The position numbers were made by a program, and so were the translations under genes. Source: Halanaerobiaceae bacterium (GTDB lineage Bacteria; Bacillota; Halanaerobiia; Halanaerobiales; Halarsenatibacteraceae). From it: 45,753 bases of DNA. Location of the stretch: the NCBI GenBank assembly GCA_003554225.1, contig PWFW01000247.1, positions 1-45,753 of the forward strand, in the 5' to 3' direction. How positions within the stretch are numbered: the first letter of the stretch is position 1; every line of letters starts with the position of its first letter. Below the pieces are notes generated by a model. The model was not told the DNA's origin, did not search any database, and was given only the letters and a program-made list of their open reading frames with translations. Shown here one piece after another: positions 17,655 through 27,129 of this stretch.

Positions 17655-18101
17655 CTAGTCAGCCATATCCCGAACCAGATCTGCTCTGGTGACTATACCT
17701 ATCAACTTGCCATCCTCCAGCACCGGCAGGCGGTTAACCTCTTCCCTGCTCATCAGAGTGGCAATCTCATTAAGCGGAGTATCGGGTTCAATAGTCTCCA
17801 CTTCGGTGGTCATCAGCTCTTCGACCCTGATGGCAATATACTTTTTAAACTCCTCGCGAAACTTGCGGTAGCTTTCGACATAAATTATTCCACCGATCAA
17901 ATTTATATACTCGGGAAAATGAAGCTTTTTATCCTTAACAATCAAATCCTTCTCACTGACAATACCCAGCAGTTTGCCGTCTTTAACTACCGGCAGACCA
18001 CTGACTCGATGCTTGCTCATTAGTTTTGCTGCATCCTCCACGCTGGTTTCGGGGTCAACTGTAATAACCTCTCGGGTCATAATATCCCGGGCTGTTTTCA
18101 T
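17655..18101 (-). CDS. CBS domain-pair protein
   Basis: 148 aa with two CBS repeats (DIMTREVITV...GLPVV..GKLLGIVSEKDL and MTTEVETI...RLPVLEDGKLIGIVTRADL). Confidence 0.85.
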   Translation of the reverse strand: MKTARDIMTREVITVDPETSVEDAAKLMSKHRVSGLPVVKDGKLLGIVSEKDLIVKDKKLHFPEYINLIGGIIYVESYRKFREEFKKYIAIRVEELMTTEVETIEPDTPLNEIATLMSREEVNRLPVLEDGKLIGIVTRADLVRDMAD

Positions 18102-18139
18102 CCTCTTTAACCTCCTGCTCTTGCTTGTATTATTTTTTT

Positions 18140-19681
18140 CTATAGCTCTTCCAGAGAAATAAAGGCCTCCGGCAGATATTCCAGAATATCCCCGGCAATT
18201 ACAGAATAACTGCTTAAATCATCTCCTGCCAGTTCGCCGGCCCTGCCATGGAGATAGGTTCCCAGACAGGCTGCTCTCTCAGACGGCAGCCCCTGGGCTA
18301 TCAAGGCGGCTATTACTCCGGCCAGCACATCTCCGCTGCCGGCAGTTGCCATAGCTTCACAACCGGTGGGATTTATAAAGAGCTCACCCTCCGGTAGAGC
18401 TATCAGAGAATCAGCCCCCTTTAGCACCAGAGAAAGATTATTTTCACTGGCAAAATCAGGAGCAAGCGTAAGCCGCCTGGCCAGCACCTCCTCGATAGTA
18501 AGATCGGTCAGTCTGGCCATCTCTCCAGGATGAGGTGTAACCACCAGCTCCCCGGGAAAATCCTTTAGCATATCAGGACTATTAATATTGTTTAGTCCAT
18601 CAGCATCTAAAACCACAGGAATTTCCAGGGAAGAGAGCAGCCGGGAAATCAGTTTCTCCAGCTCACCGCTCCGTCCCATTCCCGGACCTAAAATCAGAAC
18701 ATCAGCCTCAGCAGCAGCCTTGAGAATTTCCTTTAAGCTCTCGGTTGTCAGCCTGCCCTCTTCCCCGGGCAGCTCCCGGGTTATCAGCTCAGGAGCCCAG
18801 AGGGCTGCTGCATCTACAACCATCCGGGGAGCAGCCAGCTCCACCAGACCTGCTCCGCTTCTCAAGGCCGAAAGCCCTGAGAGCAGGGCTGCTCCTGTCA
18901 TTCCCCGGGAACCGGCAACTACCAGGGTTCGGCCAAAACTCCCTTTATGACCGGTTTCAGGCCGCTGGGGCAGCAGCCTTAAGGCTTCTTCCTCTGACAG
19001 CATATAATTTTCAACCTCAAGCTCCCGATAGACCTCAGCGGGAAAATCCAGGTCAACTAGTTTAATCTTACCGCAGTAGGAGCGCCCCGGATAGAGAATC
19101 TGGCCCAGTTTCAGGCTGGCCATGGTAACTGTCCAGTCGGCTTTTATCACCGGTCCCTCGGCCTCCCCGCTGTTAACATTTAAACCTGAAGGAACATCAA
19201 CCGCCAGAACCGGACTGCTCTGTCTGTTGACCAGTTCAATCACCTCGGCTGCCAGCCCCCGGGCTGCTCCGGTGATGCCGGTCCCCAGCAGGGCATCTAT
19301 CAGGTAAGCTGCCCGGTTAACTTCATCCCGCAGTTCTTCCTGCTCCAGCTCAAATAGCTCTTCCATAGTTATCCCGGCCAGCTGGCAGAAACGGTAATTT
19401 TGGGCCGTTATTCCCGTAAATTCTTCTGGAGATTTAAGAAGAAGCACTCTCACCCGATATCCCCGGCGGTTAAGATAACGGGCCGCTACCAGACCATCTC
19501 CCCCGTTATTGCCGCTTCCGGTGAGAATAACAATCTCTTCAGAGGTATCTGGCTGAGCCAGTTTCTCAAGCCAGCTGGCCACTGCCCTGCCGGCTGTCTC
19601 CATCAGAAGAATTTCCGGTATCCCCAGATCAACAGCTTTTTCATCGGCCTGTTGCATCTGTTCCGCAGTTAGTAACAGCAC
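18140..19681 (-). CDS. nnr: Bifunctional NAD(P)H-hydrate repair enzyme Nnr (epimerase/ADP-dependent dehydratase, YjeF)
   Basis: 513 aa with an N-terminal YjeF_N region (GSGNNGGDG) and a C-terminal carbohydrate-kinase-like domain (GPGMG, ATAGSGDVLAG). GTG start 2 nt after the acpS stop. Confidence 0.9.
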   Translation of the reverse strand: MLLLTAEQMQQADEKAVDLGIPEILLMETAGRAVASWLEKLAQPDTSEEIVILTGSGNNGGDGLVAARYLNRRGYRVRVLLLKSPEEFTGITAQNYRFCQLAGITMEELFELEQEELRDEVNRAAYLIDALLGTGITGAARGLAAEVIELVNRQSSPVLAVDVPSGLNVNSGEAEGPVIKADWTVTMASLKLGQILYPGRSYCGKIKLVDLDFPAEVYRELEVENYMLSEEEALRLLPQRPETGHKGSFGRTLVVAGSRGMTGAALLSGLSALRSGAGLVELAAPRMVVDAAALWAPELITRELPGEEGRLTTESLKEILKAAAEADVLILGPGMGRSGELEKLISRLLSSLEIPVVLDADGLNNINSPDMLKDFPGELVVTPHPGEMARLTDLTIEEVLARRLTLAPDFASENNLSLVLKGADSLIALPEGELFINPTGCEAMATAGSGDVLAGVIAALIAQGLPSERAACLGTYLHGRAGELAGDDLSSYSVIAGDILEYLPEAFISLEEL

Positions 19682-19683
19682 AA

Positions 19684-20067
19684 TTATCTTCTCCTTCCTT
19701 CAGCGATGATTGATGCCAGGGCAAATTTTCTTTCATGGCTTAAGCTGACATGCCAGCGGGTTATTCTAAGTCTGCCAGCAGCCTGGCGGGCTCCGCCCTC
19801 TAATCTCAAGCCCGGGGCTCCGACTCTGTCTATTACAATCTCTATCTCCCGCCAGCAGAGAAATTCAAGCTCCCGATGAAGAATTTTATAAACTGCTTCC
19901 TTGGCAGCATAACGGCCGGCCAGCGATTCAGCCTGGCCGGGCTGCTTGAGGCAGTAGTTAATTTCCTCTTCGGTATATACTCTCTCCAAAAATCTGCTGC
20001 CAAATCTCCGCTGGAGTCTGGCAATCCTTGCAACCTGAACCAGATCCACCCCGTGACCGATTATCAT
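19684..20067 (-). CDS. acpS: Holo-[acyl-carrier-protein] synthase
   Basis: 127 aa. MIIGHGVDLVQVARI N-terminus and the AAKEA motif. Its ATG is 2 nt after the glmS stop. Confidence 0.92.
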   Translation of the reverse strand: MIIGHGVDLVQVARIARLQRRFGSRFLERVYTEEEINYCLKQPGQAESLAGRYAAKEAVYKILHRELEFLCWREIEIVIDRVGAPGLRLEGGARQAAGRLRITRWHVSLSHERKFALASIIAEGRRR

Positions 20068-20069
20068 GA

Positions 20070-21890
20070 CTACTCCACCGTCACACTTTTAGCCAGATTA
20101 CGGGGCTTATCGATAGAACAACCCAGCCTGTGGGCCGTATGATAGGCCAGCAGCTGCAGCGGTAAAACCGTTAACACCCCGGCCCAGAGCTCATTACAGG
20201 CCGGCAGCTCAATAAATTTATCAAACTCCGCTTTATCTTCAACCGTTCCGGCGGTAGCAATGGCAATAACTTTGCCCCCCCGGGCCTTTACTTCCTTAAC
20301 ATTGCTGAGGGTTTTGCTGACCAGCCCCCTGCGGGTAAAAATTGCCATGACCGGGACACCCTCCTCCACCAGAGCCAGGGTGCCATGCTTTAGCTCTCCA
20401 GCGGGGTAGGCTTCGGCATGGAGAAAGGATATCTCCTTTAATTTTAAAGCTCCTTCCAGAGCCAGGCTGTAATCCAGGTTGCGGCCTATATAAAACATGC
20501 TGTTGTAATCTTTAAGATAATCAGCAGCCTTCCGGGAGCTCTCCTCGACCCTGTCCAGAGCTGCAGTAATTTTTTCCGGCAGCTTTAAAAGCTCCTGCCG
20601 ATAGCTGTGCAGTTCTCTCTCGGGCAAGGTCGCCCGCAGCCCTGCCAGCTTAATGCCGGTGAGATAAAAGGCTGTCAGCATGGCGAGATAGGCTTTGGTG
20701 GAAGCCACCGCTATTTCCGGCCCGGCTTTAAGATCAATCACAGCATCAGCCTCCCGGGCTATGCTGCTGCCGATAGTATTGGTTAGAGCTAATACCCGGC
20801 TGCCGCTGTTTTTACCAAGCTTCAGGGCTGCCAGGGTATCGGCTGTCTCTCCTGACTGGCTCACCACCAGCAGCAGAGATTTATCATCAAGAAAGTTCTT
20901 TTTGTAACGCAGCTCAGAGGCAATCTCAACCTCTACCGGCAAATTGGCCAGCTCCTCGAGTATATGTCTACCTGCAAGACCGGAATAATAGGCTGTTCCA
21001 CAGGCGGTAATCAGCACCCGGTCAATTTCATCATCCCAGATTTCAGTCAGCTCAGGCAGATTAACCCGGTCCGGCTCCAGGTAGGCAGAGAGCAGTCGAC
21101 GGGCCACCGTGGGCTGCTCGTAAATTTCCTTTAACATGAAATGATCATAACCCTGTTTCTGGACCATTTCATCATCCCAGTCTGCCTGGAAAATATCAGC
21201 CTTTACCTCTTTACCCTCGGATGAAAAGATGCTGATATCATTCTCGCTCAAAACTGCCAGATCCCCGTCCTCCAGAATATGAAATTTACTGGTAGCATTT
21301 AACAGAGCCGGCATATCCGAAGCCAGATAGTTCTCCTCCTCTCCCAGGCCGATTACCAGAGGGCTCTCCTGGCGCAGGGCATAAATCTTATCCGGCTCTC
21401 TGTTATCAACCACTGCCAGAGCATAGGAGCCTACCAGCCTGTTCTGCAGCTCTCTGAGAGCCGTTACCATCTCACCCTGATGAATCTCCTCCAGCAGATG
21501 AACCAGCACCTCAGTATCGGTCTCGGAGCAGAAGCTGTGGCCGGCGGACTTAAGATCAGCCTTGAGGGTTTGATAATTTTCAATTATACCATTATGGACC
21601 AGAGCGAAGCGCTCCTGACAATCCTGATGAGGATGAGAATTGGTATCAGAGGGAACCCCATGAGTGGCCCAGCGGGTATGGCCTATCCCCAGATAACCGC
21701 GGGCCCTTTCCTGACGGAGCCTCTTTTCCAGCTTTTCCAGTGTCCCCTGACATTTGACTACCTGTATCTCATTTTCATCCAGTACTGCTATACCAGCTGA
21801 GTCATAACCTCTGTATTCCAGTCTTTTTAAACCCTGGAGCAAAAATTCCTCTGCTCCTGCCTTACCGGCATAACCAATTATTCCACACAT
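20070..21890 (-). CDS. glmS: Glutamine--fructose-6-phosphate aminotransferase
   Basis: 606 aa. MCGIIGY N-terminus, two SIS domains and the C-terminal KPRNLAKSVTVE. Confidence 0.98.
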   Translation of the reverse strand: MCGIIGYAGKAGAEEFLLQGLKRLEYRGYDSAGIAVLDENEIQVVKCQGTLEKLEKRLRQERARGYLGIGHTRWATHGVPSDTNSHPHQDCQERFALVHNGIIENYQTLKADLKSAGHSFCSETDTEVLVHLLEEIHQGEMVTALRELQNRLVGSYALAVVDNREPDKIYALRQESPLVIGLGEEENYLASDMPALLNATSKFHILEDGDLAVLSENDISIFSSEGKEVKADIFQADWDDEMVQKQGYDHFMLKEIYEQPTVARRLLSAYLEPDRVNLPELTEIWDDEIDRVLITACGTAYYSGLAGRHILEELANLPVEVEIASELRYKKNFLDDKSLLLVVSQSGETADTLAALKLGKNSGSRVLALTNTIGSSIAREADAVIDLKAGPEIAVASTKAYLAMLTAFYLTGIKLAGLRATLPERELHSYRQELLKLPEKITAALDRVEESSRKAADYLKDYNSMFYIGRNLDYSLALEGALKLKEISFLHAEAYPAGELKHGTLALVEEGVPVMAIFTRRGLVSKTLSNVKEVKARGGKVIAIATAGTVEDKAEFDKFIELPACNELWAGVLTVLPLQLLAYHTAHRLGCSIDKPRNLAKSVTVE

Positions 21891-21942
21891 ATGCAGTCCT
21901 CCAGTTTATATAAAAAACTTTTAATATGCTTATTAAAAACTT

Positions 21943-22100
21943 CCAGGAAACCTCCCGGCCGCTCTGTCCCTGCAGTTGCCTCCAGGTTTTAACAGCCGGT
22001 TTCAGGGCCGGTTCTCTAGCCCGGGAGCATCCGCCGAATTATTCGATTAACTCCCTTCCTCGTCATCCTGCCTCGCAGCTACCGGACAGGATCAGGCGCT
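21943..22100 (-). ncRNA. glmS ribozyme (GlcN6P-dependent self-cleaving leader)
   Basis: The - strand reads A|GCGCC TGATCCTG...CAGGAT GACGAGGAAGGGAGTTAATCGAATAATTCGGCGGATGCTCCCGG, matching the conserved glmS ribozyme core (AGCGCC, GACGAGGA, UUAUCGAA, UCGGCGGAUGC, CCCGG). A P3/P4-like region follows, and the element lies 52 nt upstream of the glmS ATG. The 3' boundary is approximate. Confidence 0.9.
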
Positions 22101-22126
22101 GTCAAACCTTAAATAAATCTCAGCAA

Positions 22127-22155
22127 ATTATCATTCTACTGAATCTCCTTACCAA
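22127..22155 (-). promoter_or_regulatory. Putative sigma-A promoter of the glmS leader
   Basis: On the - strand: TTGGTA, 17 nt, GATAAT. This places the transcription start about 15-20 nt upstream of the ribozyme cleavage site. Confidence 0.5.
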
Positions 22156-22365
22156 AACTCTCCTATCTTTGCTTTTAATCCAGAGATAAACTGAAAATTT
22201 CAGGATTCCATCAGTCTTTTCCTACAGCTGCCGAAACATCAGTAAAATTAACAGCAATCATCTTCCATCTTATACCAGCAAAATATAAGAACAATCACCT
22301 CCATCCATATACTGCAACCATTATTTCTGTCAGCCAGCCAATCAGAAATACAAAAGCCAGGTATA

Positions 22366-23712
22366 TCAATTAAGTTCCTCACCGATCCCCCCGGCAATTT
22401 GCTCTCCCCATTTTTCCAGCAGAGGCCGATCGCGGCCTTCCAGCATTAACCTGATAACAGGCTCGGTGCCTGAGGCTCTGACAAAAATTCTGCCGTCCTG
22501 GATATCTCTTTCTCCCGCAGCCACCACTTCAGAAATTCTGGAATTTTCCTCCAGCAGCTCTTTGTTTTTTACCCTGATATTTTTCAGCAGCTGCGGCCAT
22601 TCCTTGAGTCCCTCAGCCAGCTGGCTCAAGGATTTCCCGGTCTCTATCATCACTTCCATAACCTTTAGGGCTGTCAGCATACCATCACCGGAAACATTAT
22701 GTTCTTTGAAGATTATATGTCCTGATTTTTCACCTCCCAGACTTAAATTCAGCTCCTGAATCTTTTCCAGCACATACTTATCACCATTGGCAGCATAAAT
22801 AACCTCCACTCCTGATTTTTTCAGGGCTTCAGCCAGGCCGAGATTGCTGTAGCGGGTAGTCACCACCCGATTGCCCTTCAATCTTCCCCGGCGGGAAAGA
22901 TGGCTGCCGCAGATGTAGATGATATAATCACCATCAATCTCTCTCCCCTGCTCATCGATCAGAACAGCCCGATCAGCATCACCGTCCAGAGCAATCCCCA
23001 GGTCAGCATTCTCAGCCAGCACGGTCTCTTTCAGCTCTGCAGTGTTGGTAGAGCCGCAGTCTACATTGATAAGCTCCCCCCGGCCGGAATGATTGATAAC
23101 TTTAGCCCTTTCCAGTCCGGCTCTCTTTAGAATTCTGGGACCCAGCCTGTGAGCAGCACCATGACCGCAGTCCAGGACAACAGAAAGACCGGAGATATCA
23201 CCGGCATAGGAAGCCAGCAGGCTGTCCAGATAAAATTCAATCAGATATCTGCCATCCAGCTGGCGTCCTACCTTTTCATGCGTTGGTCTGGCCAGCTCAG
23301 CTTCAAGTCTGGCTTCAATTTCGCTTTCCATCTCTTCAGAAATCTTCATTCCTCGAGAATCGAAAAATTTAATGCCGTTATCCTGGATGGGATTATGGGA
23401 AGCAGAGACCATTATTCCCCCGATAACCGGCCGGCTCCTGGACAGGTAGGAGACTGCCGGAGTAGGCACAACCTCCAGATCTACTGTATCAATCCCCAGA
23501 GAGTTAATTCCGGCTGCCAGCGCAGCTGCCAGCATATCCCCGGAAATTCTGGTATCCCGACCGATAAAAATCTTGTTTCTGTCTCCACAGCTGAATCTGG
23601 TCTTTTCCTCCAGTACAGAAGCACCGGCCCGGCCCAGTTTAAAGGCCAGCTCCGGAATTAAATCCTGATTGGCAACACCTCTCACTCCATCAGTTCCAAA
23701 TAATTCTCCCAA
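22366..23712 (-). CDS. glmM: Phosphoglucosamine mutase
   Basis: 448 aa. FGTDGVRGVAN N-terminus and active-site SASHNP. Apparent TTG start. Confidence 0.96.
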   Translation of the reverse strand: MGELFGTDGVRGVANQDLIPELAFKLGRAGASVLEEKTRFSCGDRNKIFIGRDTRISGDMLAAALAAGINSLGIDTVDLEVVPTPAVSYLSRSRPVIGGIMVSASHNPIQDNGIKFFDSRGMKISEEMESEIEARLEAELARPTHEKVGRQLDGRYLIEFYLDSLLASYAGDISGLSVVLDCGHGAAHRLGPRILKRAGLERAKVINHSGRGELINVDCGSTNTAELKETVLAENADLGIALDGDADRAVLIDEQGREIDGDYIIYICGSHLSRRGRLKGNRVVTTRYSNLGLAEALKKSGVEVIYAANGDKYVLEKIQELNLSLGGEKSGHIIFKEHNVSGDGMLTALKVMEVMIETGKSLSQLAEGLKEWPQLLKNIRVKNKELLEENSRISEVVAAGERDIQDGRIFVRASGTEPVIRLMLEGRDRPLLEKWGEQIAGGIGEELN

Positions 23713-23735
23713 CTATATCAGCTCCCTGTCTCAGT

Positions 23736-24743
23736 TTAAAATTTACCGGCAATTTCCTGGCCGCACTCCGGGCATCTGCCCTGCTCCAGCCTGCTTCTGC
23801 CGGAAAATCCCCTTCTTTTGATTACCAGACTGCCACATTCCGGACAGCTGGTATCTCTACCACCAGGGCCGACTATATTCCCCAGGTAAACATAATTCAG
23901 ATAGGAACTGGCTATCTCATTGGCCTCTTCCATTGCCCGGAGATCGGTAGCCGGTCTCTTGGACTTATAGGCCGGGCGGTACCGGGATAGATGCAGGGGT
24001 ATATCGGGGTTTAATCTGGCCAGAAAGTCAGCCAGCTCCCTGATATCCTCCGGTGAACTATTCTCTCCGGTGACCAGCAGACTGGTCACCTCCAGATGAA
24101 CCCCGGAATCATTGATCCGCCTTAAATTCTGCTTGACCGGACCGGCTCGACCCTGACATAACCGCTGGTAAAAATCGTCCTGAAAGGATTTCAAATCAAT
24201 ATTGCAGGCTGAAATAAAGGGAATCAGTTCCTCCAGCGGCCTTTGATTAACAAAGCCGTTGCTGACCAGCACCGTTTTATACCCTTCTTTCCTGGCCAGT
24301 TCGGCTGTTTCCCGAACAAATTCATACCAGACCAGGGGCTCGGAATAGGTAAAGGAAATAATCTCACTGCCTGCCTCCCAACAGAGATCAATAATTTTCC
24401 CGGGCTGATACTCTCTCACCGGGGGGTCACCCTGACTGATTCTCCAGTTCTGGCAGAAATCACAGGCCAGATTGCAGCCCCAGGTACCCAGCGATAGAGT
24501 CTCACTCCCGGGGTAAAAATGATAGAGGGGTTTTTTCTCGATGGGATCCAGGGCCAGAGAACTTACCTCCCCGTAATTTAAGGAGAAGAGCTCTCCCCCT
24601 TGATTTTTTCTAGCCCGGCATCTGCCTCTTTCCCCCCTGGTCAGATGACAGCGGTGAGGACAGAGTTCACAGATTACCAGATCATCCTTAACTCTGTAAT
24701 ATTTGGCCGGATAGCCCCTTTGATTGTTATTTTCCAGCATCAT
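23736..24743 (-). CDS. amrS: AmmeMemoRadiSam system radical SAM enzyme
   Basis: 335 aa. N-terminal CELCPHRCHL...GRCRAR cluster, radical SAM CNLACDFCQNW, and a C-terminal CPECG...CPECG ribbon. It overlaps the AMMECR1 gene by 4 nt. Confidence 0.85.
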   Translation of the reverse strand: MMLENNNQRGYPAKYYRVKDDLVICELCPHRCHLTRGERGRCRARKNQGGELFSLNYGEVSSLALDPIEKKPLYHFYPGSETLSLGTWGCNLACDFCQNWRISQGDPPVREYQPGKIIDLCWEAGSEIISFTYSEPLVWYEFVRETAELARKEGYKTVLVSNGFVNQRPLEELIPFISACNIDLKSFQDDFYQRLCQGRAGPVKQNLRRINDSGVHLEVTSLLVTGENSSPEDIRELADFLARLNPDIPLHLSRYRPAYKSKRPATDLRAMEEANEIASSYLNYVYLGNIVGPGGRDTSCPECGSLVIKRRGFSGRSRLEQGRCPECGQEIAGKF

Positions 24744-25282
24744 TGCTGATTCTCCTCAAAACGGTGGACTGCAAAGCGATAGATGGTGAAATCCCCCTGC
24801 TCTATCTCTCTGGCCGAGAGTCCAGCCTTTTGTGCTGCTATGCTGAGCTGTCTATCTACAGTATCAATCCCCTCCAGATCGGGAAGCAGCACCCCTTTGC
24901 GGCTGCCTTTAGTTACTACTACCCCAAATTTTTCGGGATTAAGCTCTCCAGGATCTTCTATTCTCTCCTGGCTGCCCAGAACATCTACAGTAATATAGAC
25001 CTCTTCCAGCTCCCCGACAGTTAAAGCCGGAAAGCGGGGATCCTTAAAAGCCGCCGAAAGAGCATTGCAGGCCACCTCCCGGGCCAGAGTCTCCTGACAG
25101 GGTTCAATTGTTCCAATGCAGCCCCTTAAAGAGTTATCAGCCCTGTGTTTTAGTGAAACAAAGCTGCCGGCTTGAATATCACCGGAAAATTTTAGCCTGT
25201 GATAATCAACCTCCCCTTCAAGAAAATATTCCCTCAGAACATCCCGGGCCAGCCGGGCAGGATTATAGGGTAAATCCAGCAT
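24740..25282 (-). CDS. amrA: AMMECR1 domain protein (AmmeMemoRadiSam system protein A)
   Basis: 180 aa with GSFVSLK...LRGCIGT and DPRFP motifs typical of AMMECR1. Confidence 0.85.
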   Translation of the reverse strand: MLDLPYNPARLARDVLREYFLEGEVDYHRLKFSGDIQAGSFVSLKHRADNSLRGCIGTIEPCQETLAREVACNALSAAFKDPRFPALTVGELEEVYITVDVLGSQERIEDPGELNPEKFGVVVTKGSRKGVLLPDLEGIDTVDRQLSIAAQKAGLSAREIEQGDFTIYRFAVHRFEENQQ

Positions 25283-25284
25283 AT

Positions 25285-26109
25285 TTACCTCCCATCTCTA
25301 AATTGAGCCACGCCATATCCCACTCCAAAGGGAGCCTCATAGGATAAGACTTCAATATCAAGCTCCCCTTTACCTGCCAGTTTCTCAGAAAAACCCAGAC
25401 CAATTAACAGCGGGCGGTAGCCACATTCTCCTGCATCCTGAATTAATTGTTCATCCAGCTCAAGAATAGCCTTAAGGTTATTTTCAGCCAGCAGATTCAT
25501 CAATATCCGGTCAAACTCTTCTCCTGCCGGAGAATATCCTCCCGGTGCTCCTGGCTGGGTGCGGTGGGATAGATCACCACTGACCAGAAAAACAGGATCG
25601 GTAAAATCAGTCTCTTCTTTGAAGTAATCAGCCAGTTTTTCTCCCAGTCCGTATAACCTTTCTGCTTCCCAGAAAGTCATATTTAAAATCAACCAGGGAA
25701 CCTGCTCCAGCCCTGCTTCCTCCAGAAAGTAGAGAGGAACCAGAATGCCGTGATCCAGTTCCGCCTCACTCTGCTGGCGGTTAACCAGCCTCAGCTCCCA
25801 GCCAGCCGGGCTGAGCTCCTGCTCAATGCTGGCTGCCAGCTCCGGACAGCCTTCCAGAGTAAATTTAATATCTGGAGCCCCGAAATATCCCAGATCTCCC
25901 CGGAGAGACCTGGCAGCATTGATAGTTATCCTGTGGTGATCTGTGGGGCCATGAGGCCCGGCAGCTACCACCAGATCAGGCTTTCGTTCGACAAAAAACC
26001 CGGCCAGCCTTTTGCTGGCAGTAATGGTGTCGGCTGCTTGCAATCTCCTCTCACCGCCAATCTCCGGAATGATGATCGGGGGGTGAGGGAAAAGCCCTCC
26101 TCTCAGCAT
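25285..26109 (-). CDS. LigB/MEMO-superfamily (class III extradiol dioxygenase subunit B-like) protein
   Basis: 274 aa with PHPPIIIPEIGG, LDHGILVPLYF, VSGDLSHR and ECGYRPL motifs. Its stop is 2 nt upstream of the AMMECR1 gene. Confidence 0.65.
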   Translation of the reverse strand: MLRGGLFPHPPIIIPEIGGERRLQAADTITASKRLAGFFVERKPDLVVAAGPHGPTDHHRITINAARSLRGDLGYFGAPDIKFTLEGCPELAASIEQELSPAGWELRLVNRQQSEAELDHGILVPLYFLEEAGLEQVPWLILNMTFWEAERLYGLGEKLADYFKEETDFTDPVFLVSGDLSHRTQPGAPGGYSPAGEEFDRILMNLLAENNLKAILELDEQLIQDAGECGYRPLLIGLGFSEKLAGKGELDIEVLSYEAPFGVGYGVAQFRDGR

Positions 26110-26218
26110 ATTATTCCTCCTTTCCAGATTAACCCGGACAATCTCTCTTTCCTGCTATTAACATAGTTCTAGTAAAAGCCTGAGGTTCCTTCTTGCCCCG
26201 ATAAATAATTGCAATAGC

Positions 26219-26247
26219 AAAACCCCTCTCCGGGGAGAAGGGGTTTT
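26219..26247 (-). terminator. Intrinsic terminator after rpsI
   Basis: AAAACCCCTCTCCGGGGAGAAGGGGTTTT: a GC-rich hairpin with a T-tract on both strands, 38 nt after the rpsI stop. Confidence 0.85.
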
Positions 26248-26284
26248 GAGATATTTTAACAGGTTCAGCAGGAAACAGCGATAT

Positions 26285-26677
26285 TTATCTTTTGGAAAAC
26301 TGAGGAGCTTTACGGGCCTTTTTCAGGCCGGGCTTCTTCCGTTCTTTCATTCGAGGATCACGGGTTAGGTAGCCTGCTCTTTTCAGGGGAGTCCTAAACT
26401 CCTCATCGACCTTCAGCAGGGCTCTGGCAATACCGTGGCGGATTGCTCCAGCCTGTCCTGCCAGACCTCCACCGCTGACATTTACTTCCACATCCAGGCT
26501 TCCCAGTTGATTGACGGTTTCCAGGGGAGATTTTAAATCTCTGATCTGTGATCTGCGATGAAAATAATCATCTACATCCCGACCATTAATAGTTACATTC
26601 CCGCTGCCCGGCAGCAGACGAACCCTGGCGGTCGAGGTCTTTCTTCGACCTGTGCCTCTATATTGAACATCAGCCAT
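26285..26677 (-). CDS. rpsI: 30S ribosomal protein S9
   Basis: 130 aa. [15 protein letters not shown]-terminal region and C-terminal KAPQFSKR. Confidence 0.97.
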   Translation of the reverse strand: MADVQYRGTGRRKTSTARVRLLPGSGNVTINGRDVDDYFHRRSQIRDLKSPLETVNQLGSLDVEVNVSGGGLAGQAGAIRHGIARALLKVDEEFRTPLKRAGYLTRDPRMKERKKPGLKKARKAPQFSKR

Positions 26678-26697
26678 AATTATTCCTCCTTCTTAAA

Positions 26698-27129
26698 TTA
26701 TATTTCCAATTTTTCGGGCTGCTGGGCTTCATGAGGGTGATCTGGCCCTTGATAAACCTTGAGCTTTTTAATTATCTGACTTCCCAGCTTATTGTGAGGG
26801 AGCATGCCCTTAACTGCTTTTTCTACAATAAAAGTCGGTTTCTTCTTCCTCAGCTCTTCATAGGGTGTCTTCTTCAGGCCTCCGGGATAATTGGAATGCC
26901 TGTAATAAATTTTATCTTCCCATTTATTGCCGGTTAACTCCACCTTTTCTGCATTGACGACGATAACATAATCTCCGGTGTCAACATGGGGGGTAAATTC
27001 AGGTTTGTGCTTACCTCTAAGCACCTGGGCAATTTCTGAAGCCAGCCTGCCCAGAGTTTTTCCGGCAGCATCAACGAGATACCAGTTGCGATCGACTTCA
27101 TCCGGTTTGGCCATATAAGTTTTATTCAT
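26698..27129 (-). CDS. rplM: 50S ribosomal protein L13
   Basis: 143 aa. [18 protein letters not shown]...GRLAS signature. Confidence 0.97.
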   Translation of the reverse strand: MNKTYMAKPDEVDRNWYLVDAAGKTLGRLASEIAQVLRGKHKPEFTPHVDTGDYVIVVNAEKVELTGNKWEDKIYYRHSNYPGGLKKTPYEELRKKKPTFIVEKAVKGMLPHNKLGSQIIKKLKVYQGPDHPHEAQQPEKLEI

